DNA from: Octopus bimaculoides
Taxonomy: Eukaryota
Assembly: GCF_001194135.2 (NCBI RefSeq)
Contig: NC_068993.1
Span: forward strand, 15,325,587 to 15,368,561
DNA: 42,975 bases
Reading direction: 5' to 3'
Shown: positions 11,181 through 21,981 of the stretch, in pieces
Layout of the letters: each line of letters starts with the position of its first letter
Position numbering within the stretch: the first letter of the stretch is position 1
Made by a program: the position numbers and the translations under genes
Notes under the pieces: model-generated
Databases searched by the model: none
Told to the model about the DNA's origin: nothing
What the model saw: only the letters and a program-made list of their open reading frames with translations

Positions 11181-11556
11181 TGTTGGCACTCCGTCGCTTA
11201 CGACGTGGACGGTTCCAGTTGATCCGATTAACGGAACAGCCTGCTCGTGGAATTAACGTGCAAGTGGTTGAGCATTCCACAGACACGTGTACCCTTAACG
11301 TAGTTCTCGGGGATATTCAGCGTGACACAGTGTGACAAGGCTGACCCTTAGAATTACAGGCACAACAGAAACAGGAAGTATGAGAAAGTTGTGGTGAAAG
11401 AGTACAGCAGGGTTCGCCACCATCCCCTGCCGGAGCCTCGTGGAGCTTTAAGTGTTTTCGCTCAATAAACACTCACAACGCCCGTTCTGGGAATCGAAAC
11501 CGCGATCCTATGACCGCGAGTTCGCTGCCCTAATCACTGGGCCATTGCGCCTCCAC
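11181..11556 (-). mobile_element. SINE family C1 (OR1-like, tRNA-Arg-like head), full-length, ~375 bp
   Basis: Reverse complement begins gtggaggcgcaatggcccagtgattagggcagcgaactcgcggtc (A-box region) with B-box ggtttcgattccc. Highly similar to 21982-22358. Confidence 0.92.
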
Positions 11557-11642
11557 ATATAACCGTATATACACCAATATACATGCATATATCTTTAATA
11601 TAATACATATATTAACCATACATTTGTATATATACATACATA

Positions 11643-11756
11643 CAACGTGAAATGAAGTGGTTCGCTCCAGAACACAACGCGTCGCTCGGTCCAAGAATTG
11701 AAACCACAATCCTACGATCATGAGTCCAACACCCTAACCACGAAGCTACTCGCCTG
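11643..11756 (-). mobile_element. SINE family C (OR2-like), 5' head plus start of the CORE-like region
   Basis: Reverse complement: aggcgagtagcttcgtggttagggtgttggactcatgatcgtaggattgtggtttcaattcttgg...gttgtgttctggagcgaaccacttcatttcacgttg. Confidence 0.8.
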
Positions 11757-11849
11757 AACTCTAATTAATATAAATCGGTTCTAAATAGTGATGTCTATAC
11801 TATCTCCATTAGAATATCTAATATTTCATCAAATGAAGGCATCATTACT

Positions 11850-12200
11850 AACTAAACTTTATTTGCTGACGGATTCTGTGACTAAATAACATTTTTATCA
11901 AATACGAAGATTAAATTTTACTTAGCCTAACTGAACTCTCGAAGACTATGCACAATTCTTTGGAATCCAGCATAGTAACTTATCTAACAAGAGATAGCAA
12001 CACTCGCCCCAATCTTCTATGTCGTAACCGCACTATGTTGTAATCGCACTCTACATGTCTCCCTATTTAAACACATGATAGATAATCCCAGGCTGAAAAC
12101 TGGATCCCTAACGACTTTCTAAAAGCGCAAGACCATAGCCTCATGCAGACTCAATCAAAGTGGGACGAAAAACATTCTTTCCTATACACCCCGCTTTTCA
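11850..12200 (+). mobile_element. Possible very old CR1/L2-like LINE 3' remnant
   Basis: Frameshifted motifs LFADG (cf. LFADD), LEDYAQF/LWNP (cf. LEYxxxxWNP), QDHSL (cf. RGHSL) and RKHSF (cf. RKHFF) in the expected order but compressed. Weak. Confidence 0.35.
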
Positions 12201-12430
12201 TTAAACATTAGTACCTTATTTAAACGTGTTTTTTTTTTTTAGCATAAAACTATGTTCTGTGATATTTTAAGCGTAGCCATTGCAACATCTTCGAGTAACT
12301 GAGACTAGATTGTCTAATGAGTCCTTAAAATGTTAAGACTAGAATTTATGATGTGAGGGAAAATGAACTGATCATTATATGACGTCGAGTTACTATAAAC
12401 AGCATCCCCACGCTGGTTACTATCATCTTT

Positions 12431-12680
12431 GTGGAGGCGCGTGGCTCAGTGTTTAGGGTGTTCGACTCATCATCGTAAGATCATGGTTTCAAATCTTGGA
12501 TCGGGTGATGCGTTGTTTTCTTTAGCAAAACACCTCATTTCACGTTGCTTAAGTCCACTCAAATGCCAAAAATGAGTAACCCTGCGACGGGCCGGCGTCC
12601 TGTCCAGGTAGCGAATTTGTACACCATGTAACAGAGAAATTGGCCCTTATGAGTCAATATAACTCGAGAAGGTAGATTCC
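12431..12680 (+). mobile_element. SINE family C (OR2-like CORE-SINE), full-length, ~250 bp
   Basis: gtggaggcgcgtggctcagtgtttagggtgttcgactc head, B-box ggtttcaaatctt, CORE-like tttagcaaaacacctcatttcacgttgct...ccactca...aaaaatgagt, tail aaccctgcgacgggccggcgtcctgtccagg. Confidence 0.88.
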
Positions 12681-13044
12681 TTTTTTTTTTTGTCATCATT
12701 AAGGATTTGCTGTAAGGGCCAGTATAGAAGTTGAACAAATAATATAAAGAGTAGGAATTCTTTGTTAAGCATAAATTATTTTCTGAAGATGTTGTATCAG
12801 CGGAGACATGAATTCTTACTGTACTGCGTATTTCAAGGAAAGACAAATATAAGCAAATGTATTGGAAAAATGACAGTTGTTTTGCGTGTTGATATGACAA
12901 TTTTGGTGAGGAATTTAGAAATACGGAAGAGCTATAGAATTCGATATGAAAAGTAGCCAACCGTTTTAGTAAATGCTTCCACTCGTTTCTCACTAGTGAA
13001 ACATTTGAGAAATATATGGAGTGACGACTGTGAGACTACTTTTA

Positions 13045-13053
13045 TCATGACGG

Positions 13054-13134
<81 letters not shown>

Positions 13135-13446
13135 CGACGACGACGGTAATGGTGATGGTGATGATGAGCATGAGGATGGTAATGATGATGATGATGAATG
13201 TGATGNNNNNNNNNNNNNNNNNNNNNNNNNNNNNNNNNNNNNNNNNNNNNNNNNNNNNNNNNNNNNNNNNNNNNNNNNNNNNNNNNNNNNNNNNNNNNNN
13301 NNNNNNNNNNNNNNNNNNNNNNNNNNNGAGGCAGAGGAGGAGGAGGAGGCAGAGGAGGAGGAGGAGGATAACAATGATGATAACGATAATGATGATGATG
13401 GTGATGATTATGGTGATGATGATGATGATGATGATGATAATGATAA
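13045..13446. repeat. (GAT)n/(GAG)n trinucleotide array spanning gap 13206-13327
   Basis: Direct inspection. Confidence 0.95.
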
Positions 13447-13517
13447 AAAATAGTATTTATAATAGGAAAATAATCACAAAACGATCATATTCTGGGATTC
13501 ACGTCAATCCAGAAGAA

Positions 13518-13634
13518 GGAGAGAGAAAGAGAGATAGAGCGGAGAGATAGAGCGGAGAGACACAGAGAGAGAGCGAAGAGACAGAGAGACAGAGACACAC
13601 AGAGAGAAAGACAGTCAGAGAATGAGTGAGAGAG

Positions 13635-13665
<31 letters not shown>

Positions 13666-13692
13666 TATGATGAGAGAAAGAGAAAGAGAGAT
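13518..13692. repeat. (GA)n-rich purine tract
   Basis: Direct inspection. Confidence 0.9.
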
Positions 13693-13752
13693 CAAGGAAA
13701 TTCAGCCGGGTATTGTTTGTCAAGGACTATTTGGTAAAGGAATAACCGCCTG

Positions 13753-14155
13753 ATAGAAGTATCAGTCACAACAGACAACAATGCATCTTTAAAAGAAACG
13801 GAGAAATTATTGGAATATAAAGATCTTGATATAGTGATAACCAGAATGTGGAGAAGGAATTCAAACAATTACTATGCGATAATAGGTGCCTTGGGAATGA
13901 TTAAAAAAAAGATGAAATGCAAATACACATAACCCCCAACCGCAAGACTTACACATATACACAATACGCCGATAATAGCTGTGTTAGTAAAAGCACACGT
14001 ATTACGTTGAGTATTTTCTATGCAATAACAACGAGGAAGACGAAACAAAACACTGCATCTACCCATGGGACACAGTGCTGCGTTCGAATGTGCAATGAAA
14101 GCACGTAATAAAAATAAGATGACTGAAGAATAATATTACTAAAGTACTAATAATA
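13753..14155 (+). mobile_element. 3' end of a Dong/R4-type non-LTR retrotransposon: restriction-like endonuclease remnant plus 3' UTR
   Basis: In frame from 13753: IEVSVTTDNNASLKETEKLLEYKDLDIVITRMWRRNSNNYYAIIGALGMIKKK; after a frameshift THIHNTPIIAVLVKAHVLR*VFSMQ* (stop at about 14026-14028). Matches the RLE signature D..P.D...KE.EK..KY.DL....MW....GALG....AH.LR. Ends in a degenerate (TAA)n. Confidence 0.85.
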
Positions 14156-14469
14156 TTGGTTGAGCAAACGATAGAATTGAATCCTTCTTTTCTTTTTTTT
14201 TTCTTTCTTATGCATCATTTTATATTGTATTCTATCGAATTGGCTGGGTTATTGTTGCATTTTGACCTCGGAGTGGAGTAAGTATGGCACAAGATCTTCT
14301 TAACACCCAAATTGGCAAATTAGGAAAGCCTGAGTGACAGCACATGAACTAAATCAAAAACTGATTTTATAGGTTTCCATCAACGTTTAATAAAATAAAT
14401 TCCACGTCCAGTCAAAGATTAAAAGCTTCCTATTGATCCAAGTCAATTGAACTTTTGTACATAATCATT

Positions 14470-14790
14470 GAGAAAGAAGAGAGTAGGAGGAATACAAGGG
14501 GAGGAAAGAAGAATAAGAGAGAGAGAGAGAAGTAAAAATATAGCAGAGTAAAGAGATAGAGAATGGAAGTATGATACTGAGGGAGTGAAAGAAAGTAGGT
14601 GAAAGAGTAGAAGATATGAGCGTAAGAGAGAGTATGAATGAAATACAAAATGTACGGCAGAAAATACGCCGTTTTTTTTTTTGTTTTTCCTTTCCATCTC
14701 TCACTTTCTCTCCTGTGTTTCTTTCTTTTCGCCATTTCTTCTCTGTCTTTCTTTTTTTCTCTCTCTTCTTTTCTTTCCTTCCTTTATTTT
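14470..14790. repeat. Purine (GA-rich) tract followed by pyrimidine (CT-rich) tract
   Basis: Strand composition switches at about 14640-14680. Confidence 0.8.
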
Positions 14791-15289
14791 TAAACGTTGT
14801 ACTATCAGTGACATCGGGAAAAGGTCATAACCAGCTTTAATGGGCACATCACTTCGAAAATAGACCCCAGAATGACTTGGTCACTTTTTATTACTACTGA
14901 TCGCTAGAGCGAATAAAACGCTTCCCAAAATTACAGAGTAGTCAAAAAGCCTTTTATCCTCGCCATTTTTTCTTTCTGTTTTTCTCAGTTTTCTTGCCTT
15001 TTTTATACTCTCACCTCTCTTTCGTTCTTTTTCTAATTCTTTTTCTCTTTTCTTTTTGTTGTTGATGCATTCATTAATATATTTTTTCATCATCTTCATT
15101 ATTTTAGCTTTATATTTATTTTTATTATGCTTCGTTCGTAATACCAGTCGTATAACATAGAGAGAGGGAGAGAGACTGACAAAGAGAGAGAGAGAGAGAG
15201 AGAGAGAGACTGAGAGAGAGATGGAAAGAGAATGCTGACTTCACATTCATAGCACACATTTTTAAGGAGTTATTCGATCTTGATCATGA

Positions 15290-15522
15290 CTTTCATCACT
15301 GTCATAGTAATAATAATAATAATAATATTAATAATAATAATAATAATAATAATAACAACAACATTAACAACAAAAACAAATAGCATCATCGTCGCTGACG
15401 ACAACATTGTCAGCGACATCATCAAAATAATAATCATCATGATCAGTAGCATCATCACCCTCGTCATCATCGTCGTTGTCGTCGTCAGCGTCGTCGTTAT
15501 CATCTTCATCATCATCATCATC

Positions 15523-15568
<46 letters not shown>

Positions 15569-15991
15569 CCATCCTTATCATCGTCAACATCATTATCACC
15601 ACTATCATGTTCCTGATCATCATCAGCTTTCACCATCAACATCAACGCCTCCACTGCTACCACCACCAACACTACCACCAACACCAACACCACCACTACC
15701 ACCAACACTACCACCATAACAAACATCATCATCGTCATTATTATCACTACCATATCATCATCATCATCATCACTACACCACCACCATCACGACCATCATG
15801 ATCATCATCACCAGCACGAAGATTGTTTTCATTATCAGCACCATCATGAACATCATAACCATCTGATTCCACCACTCCCACACTTCCGCATCCTCCAGCT
15901 GCTTCATTTCATCATCATCATCATTACCATCATCAACATCACTACCATCCCTATCGTCATGATAGCCCTGTTTTTTTATTCTTCGCCGTCA

Positions 15992-16082
<91 letters not shown>
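15290..16082. repeat. ~800-bp compound trinucleotide array (AAT/AAC/CAT/CGT/CAC/ATT)
   Basis: Direct inspection; source of the poly-I, poly-D and poly-M ORFs. Confidence 0.95.
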
Positions 16083-16085
<3 letters not shown>

Positions 16086-16422
16086 ATCAACTTTCGATAC
16101 TGCTAACACAGTCCCTAATTAATATCTAGCTATCGGTAAAATGCCAATTAATTCACGTTACAAAGAAAGTGATAACTGTTTATTTTGTTTTTGTGTGTTT
16201 GCCGCGTTTTCTTACTTTTTTTTATTTGTCTTTATTGTTTTTTTTTCTTTTTCACTTTAGTTATGTGCTATCGATTTTGTTGCTGTTATTTTTATTGTTG
16301 TTGTTGTTGAGGATGGTGATGTAGCTTTTGCTGGTGGTACCGATGATGTTTATGCGATGAGGTATTAGCACTCTGTGTTGCAGCTTCTAATATACATTTC
16401 TATGAACCTGTGTATATGTACG

Positions 16423-16594
16423 NNNNNNNNNNNNNNNNNNNNNNNNNNNNNNNNNNNNNNNNNNNNNNNNNNNNNNNNNNNNNNNNNNNNNNNNNNNNNN
16501 NNNNNNNNNNNNNNNNNNNNNNNNNNNNNNNNNNNNNNNNNNNNNNNNNNNNNNNNNNNNNNNNNNNNNNNNNNNNNNNNNNNNNNNNNNNNNN
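16423..16594. other. Assembly gap followed by a (TG)-rich repeat
   Basis: Run of N. Confidence 1.
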
Positions 16595-17119
16595 ATGTGT
16601 GTGTATGAATGCATACAGATACATACACAAATATGCATGTGCATGTATGTGTTTATGCGTGCGTGGGTGTGTATGTGTGCGTGTGTGTGTATGTGAGGTT
16701 GTGTGTGTTTGTGTGCGTGCGTGTGTGTGTGTATGTGTAAACAACGCCGTTCTAGCATGAAAGGAATCCATGAGAATGTAATCCATCATTGCAAAACATC
16801 ATCAACTCTGATAGCAAGGACATGTGAAGAGGATGCCTGGCGCGAGTACGAGCAAACAGATCCCGCTGCATTTTGAACTTAGGAAAGGTCACTGCCAAAC
16901 GTGTGTATCTAAGAAGTACTTTCGTGACTCTGTGGCGATAATACCATACCACTTTTAAGAATCAAATTGAACACCTCGGAAGCTGAGTCCACCATACACA
17001 AAGCATTAACTTCGTCTTTTGTATTATTTCATTTCATGTTGGCCTAGAATACAGTTCTACCGTATCTGATATCTGTATCAGATTCTTAGATATTTGTGTC
17101 GTTTTTGACAAACACCGAT

Positions 17120-17860
17120 TCCACTCTTCCGTTTACTACAATCCCACCGATTCGCAATACATTTTATAACTGATGTGCACCATACCGACTAGCTAGCGTA
17201 AGCAATTTCCACAACCTTGTCAATAATGGAACACCGGATTGGTCAATAAATAACAAATCTGAAGAAATGCGATGAATTTACTTCTTCATTTGACGGTATT
17301 GGCAATCAGATGTGGAACTTGCATTGAATCCGGTTCAAGCCATCTCCATAACAATGTATGCTTACTTCGTACAAGCGACCTTACAAGACGCCTGTCAATT
17401 TCCTTTACCTTTCATCCAGTCACCCTTTCGTGTAGATACATACTCGTAAGCGGTCATCACGTTCTTAGCTCTCACACCATAACCGTTCCGATATTACCGG
17501 CATCATCTTTTGTATCCTTCGAACAAGCTAAGAATCACAGCAAAAGTTGACTTAGCATCTACCTAACACATCACGTCATCTGCATCCAACTATGTACTTT
17601 CGAGTACATTTGTTGCATAAACCAGCCCTGTCTCTACATTGATTACAACTACGCGTCTCAAGTCTTAATATCGGATCATTGAATACATCAAGAAATATTA
17701 TATCCTGCCCCACATGGAAACTCTGCAGTGTCCTCCGCATTTATCACAGGGGTCTTTACTTGGCTTATCGCTTCCACTGTTGTAACTTTCTCTATCAGAA
17801 ACAGGCCTCACACAATGTCACATCATATAAATACACTTAGTAACTCCTTTGATTTCATCT
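17120..17860 (-). mobile_element. Fossil RTE-like LINE: RT C-terminus and downstream Cys-rich region
   Basis: Minus-strand motifs in order, with frameshifts: ELLSVFI*CDIV (cf. ELLYADDLV), KLQQWKR (cf. KLxxWK), FPCGAG..CIQ (cf. WPCxVC..CxQC), LCNKCT (cf. FxCxRC), VRS (cf. YxACVRS..LYG). Recalled RTE motifs; heavily decayed. Confidence 0.5.
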
Positions 17861-18479
17861 CCATTTCATGCATTGTCGCCCACTACAAGTCATTATACTT
17901 TACAAATCACGCAGAAAAACGCATCGTATTCAACCACGGAACATATTGTTTCTTTAGATTCCAATGAAAGTTTCTCCTTCATTTATTCATAATTTATTCA
18001 GCAACAACGGTTTGTATGGTTGTCCATTATGCACAAAGTGTCTATAAAATACTTTCATTTCTATTTTAAAGTACTCCGCTTTTATTTTCGTTCGTCGTTC
18101 TTATATAAGCTTTAATATTTATACTTTTTTCCATTAATATGCATATGGTTGAAATATAGATGTGGTGGGGATGTACTTTGCACTTATGCCAACGTGTATA
18201 TTCAAATTTAGCTCGTGCGGATGTCCACATACCACACATATGACTACTTTGCGTACGGAGCGTTATTGCTTTATTATGTGTTCGCTAAAAGTGTAAGCTT
18301 TAAGTTAGTAGCACTGCTTTCAACGTCTGCATGCGTGAATCTTCGTACATATTTGTCCGTTTCTGAGCTTCGAAAATTCATGACTGTTCTAGGTGTATAA
18401 CACCTGTCAGCAAACTATTTGCAATAGTTCTTCTGTATATTACTATGCGTAGAAATGTATATAAATATTTACCAACTTT

Positions 18480-18790
18480 TTGCTACATAAGAATAATCTA
18501 CTTGCTCTCTTTGCTGCCTTACCATCAATAAAGTTATTAGAGATCTCTTCTTTCAATCTCGCTTTTTATCTCACATCGTGTGCTATTTTACCTGCACACA
18601 ACACACTTCTCTCAATTCCACATCTTATCATCCTTTCCTCAACTCTACACACTCAAGCAAGTACAATACCAAGATTATTATTTCTTGTCATTCTCCACAA
18701 GTTCCACGTTCTAAAGGACTATTCTCGAAGTAAGACATTTCTTTCATTCGTTGGAAACGCTTCTCCCAACGGCACATAGGCTTATGAAAA
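18480..18790 (-). mobile_element. Possible second RTE-like 3' remnant
   Basis: Minus strand: ELREVCCVQ (cf. ELREKL..RCxVQ) and IDGKAAKR (cf. VEGxRxRGRP). Weak. Confidence 0.3.
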
Positions 18791-18976
18791 CTTGCACGTT
18801 GCAAACAAATAAAATATTTACGGAAAAAGACTACCATTAATCATCCAGCATTATTATTTTCTTTCTTCCACTATTCACAAATGAACGCCAAAAGAATCTC
18901 TCACATGCATACACACATATATGAATGTCATTGTGTGTTCGTGTGCGTGCGTGTCTATGTGTGTGTAAGTGTGTGC

Positions 18977-18979
<3 letters not shown>

Positions 18980-19036
<57 letters not shown>
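18980..19036. repeat. (TA)n(GA)n compound microsatellite
   Basis: Direct inspection. Confidence 0.95.
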
Positions 19037-19038
<2 letters not shown>

Positions 19039-19067
19039 ATGTATGTATGTATATATGCCTAATTGAT

Positions 19068-19338
19068 GCAGGTATGACCGTGGTAAGAAGCTTGCTTCCC
19101 AATCACATGGCTTCGGGTTCACTCCGACTGCATGGCATCTTGGGCGAATGTCTTCCACCATGGACTCCGGCCGACCAAAGCCTTGTGAGTGGATTTGATA
19201 GACGGAAACTGTGTGTGTTTTCGTTTGAACCCATATCGTTGCTTAACAACTGATGTTGGTATAAATTTGCGGTTCGTTAAATGTGACCGATAGAAGTAAA
19301 AGGCGAGTAAAAGGCGGTGCTCCAGAATGACCGCAGTC
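19068..19338 (+). mobile_element. SINE family B, internally deleted copy
   Basis: gtggtaagaagcttgcttcccaatcacatggcttcgggttca...ggccgaccaaagccttgtgagtggatttgatagacggaaactg...aaggcggtgctccagaatgaccgcagtc. Confidence 0.88.
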
Positions 19339-19449
19339 GTATATATATATATATATATGTTAAATATATATTTTTTTACCCAAAAATTTGGTAAAAAAAT
19401 GTAGTATCTGTTAACAATCTTAGCAAAAAACTAACAGTTGAGTTTTCGA

Positions 19450-19495
19450 ATATATATCAACTTTAAATAGAGCTCTATTTAAAGTTGATATATAT
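19450..19495. repeat. Perfect 46-bp palindrome with no spacer
   Basis: atatatatcaactttaaatagag|ctctatttaaagttgatatatat; checked base by base, centre at 19472/19473. Confidence 0.97.
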
Positions 19496-19503
19496 ATATA
19501 TAT

Positions 19504-20301
19504 NNNNNNNNNNNNNNNNNNNNNNNNNNNNNNNNNNNNNNNNNNNNNNNNNNNNNNNNNNNNNNNNNNNNNNNNNNNNNNNNNNNNNNNNNNNNNNNNN
19601 NNNNNNNNNNNNNNNNNNNNNNNNNNNNNNNNNNNNNNNNNNNNNNNNNNNNNNNNNNNNNNNNNNNNNNNNNNNNNNNNNNNNNNNNNNNNNNNNNNNN
19701 NNNNNNNNNNNNNNNNNNNNNNNNNNNNNNNNNNNNNNNNNNNNNNNNNNNNNNNNNNNNNNNNNNNNNNNNNNNNNNNNNNNNNNNNNNNNNNNNNNNN
19801 NNNNNNNNNNNNNNNNNNNNNNNNNNNNNNNNNNNNNNNNNNNNNNNNNNNNNNNNNNNNNNNNNNNNNNNNNNNNNNNNNNNNNNNNNNNNNNNNNNNN
19901 NNNNNNNNNNNNNNNNNNNNNNNNNNNNNNNNNNNNNNNNNNNNNNNNNNNNNNNNNNNNNNNNNNNNNNNNNNNNNNNNNNNNNNNNNNNNNNNNNNNN
20001 NNNNNNNNNNNNNNNNNNNNNNNNNNNNNNNNNNNNNNNNNNNNNNNNNNNNNNNNNNNNNNNNNNNNNNNNNNNNNNNNNNNNNNNNNNNNNNNNNNNN
20101 NNNNNNNNNNNNNNNNNNNNNNNNNNNNNNNNNNNNNNNNNNNNNNNNNNNNNNNNNNNNNNNNNNNNNNNNNNNNNNNNNNNNNNNNNNNNNNNNNNNN
20201 NNNNNNNNNNNNNNNNNNNNNNNNNNNNNNNNNNNNNNNNNNNNNNNNNNNNNNNNNNNNNNNNNNNNNNNNNNNNNNNNNNNNNNNNNNNNNNNNNNNN
20301 N
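19504..20301. other. Assembly gap flanked by (AT)n
   Basis: Run of N. Confidence 1.
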
Positions 20302-20334
<33 letters not shown>

Positions 20335-20775
20335 CCATTAGTATGTGAAAAAAAATTAGGTAATCACTCTGACTTGAATGGTTTTGATCAGAAGTCTGTT
20401 CAATCAGAAATGATCCAAGACTAACGACTAAGAACAACTACGCTACAATGGTCTCTCCACACCTTAACTTTCTTATACATTATGCTCTCTCCCATTTACT
20501 GCTAATTGATACTCTTTGTTTGTCGTTCGGTGGAACAACCATTCCTAAATTATATATTATATATCATGCAAGTCTAGGATCGGTGTGCACAATTCTGTTT
20601 CTAAATATTGGAGTTCAGCATTTGAAATTAAGCATTCATCCTACTAATTATATTTTTCATTCATACCCACCTTTTGTCGAAATGGAACAAAGAGGGAAGC
20701 GGCTCACCTTTCCCCGGTTATTGTATATATTGACAATGCGTAATATTATACCTGTACAATATTAAGTAGAAATTA

Positions 20776-20992
20776 AAGCGTTGAGCTGGCAGAAACGCTA
20801 GCATTTCGGGCAAAATGCTTAGCGCTATTTCCTCTGCCTTTACGTTCTGAGTTCAAATTCCGCCGAGGTCGAATTTGCCTTTCATCGTTTCGGGATCGAT
20901 TAATTAAGTACCAGTTGCATCCTGGGGACGATTTAATCGACTGGCCCCATCCCCCAAAACTTCAGACCTTGTGCCTAGAGTAGAAAAAGAAT
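20776..20992 (+). mobile_element. SINE family A, full-length
   Basis: gagctggcagaaacgctagc...acgttctgagttcaaattccgccgaggtcgaatttgcctttcatcgtttcgggatcgattaattaagtaccagtt...ccttgtgcctagagtagaaaaagaat. Confidence 0.93.
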
Positions 20993-21245
20993 ATTGAATA
21001 GAACGGTCAATACTATATTGACCGTTTATTGTAAATTTTGATTAATACAACACAAATTATGATTATATACATGTGGCAATAATCTAAATTGGTTTGTGTC
21101 AACACTACCGCCACACGAGAAGTGTTTTTAATAAATTATAGAGTATTAGTTTGATTTAGAAATAACTATTACTATAAGACAGTATAGCAATATGACAAAA
21201 ATGAAGATATGCTATGGCTAAAGTGCGAATAACTTTTGACTCCCA

Positions 21246-21283
<38 letters not shown>

Positions 21284-21530
21284 TGAGGTGGTGCTCAGAC
21301 ATTTGCTGGCTTTGGGTAAACAATCAGTTAATTTTGATTTTATTCAACATAATCTCTTCTCAGATTCACACGCTTATTATTGCAGCAGACCTACAGTTTT
21401 TCTGAGCCCTGTAAAAGAACTCTTGATGTCGGGCTTCCAGCCATACTTTTCGCGTTACCATTACAACCAGGAACTTTTCAGTCTCCCTCGTTTATACATG
21501 CATATACAGATTATCACCTCTCTCTCTCTC

Positions 21531-21565
<35 letters not shown>

Positions 21566-21981
21566 TTGTTAATATCTTTTGAACGTCGTTTCATTAACAG
21601 ATGATTTAACAGCTTCAGTATATAAAGTTAAATTCAGAACAAGCCGTTAAATTTGTTGAATCATTAAATCTTTGTACAAAACGAATAATTAACAATTATT
21701 ATTATTAAGAAATCGGCTTTATATGAAGAAGTTTCATTCTATTTTCTGTCTCATGTATGCATTTGTTTAAAAAAAAAAAAAAGAAACGGCAGAAGATTTT
21801 TTTAATGAGTGTTCACTCTCATCTAAATAATACTAGCGCTGTGGATTAGAACAAACGCCTGATCCACGGAACAATGCGTTCCGTTATTTATTCCGACTCC
21901 TTACTATTTCATTCAAATTATATTGACGTCATCTCTACCATTCATTCGCCCAGGATCGATGAAATGATGTGCCAGTCTAGT

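Noticed and set aside
11480-11556. tRNA-like A/B boxes here and in other SINE heads, as true tRNA genes
   Set aside because: They continue into SINE bodies and do not form complete cloverleaves; tRNA-derived heads only.
11167-11568. Possible decayed TSD (acatgtaattgtat / acatataaccgtat) around the C1 SINE
   Set aside because: Three mismatches in 14 within TA-rich low-complexity flanks; unreliable.
14118-14132. atgactgaa shared by the Dong 3' UTR and the family B tail, as evidence of partnership
   Set aside because: Only 9 bp in AT-rich sequence; not significant without consensus alignment.
16757-16952. Short ORFs in a relatively GC-rich stretch (MKGIHENV...; MVWYYRHR...)
   Set aside because: About 40-66 aa, no motif and no convincing splice sites; adjacent to LINE debris.
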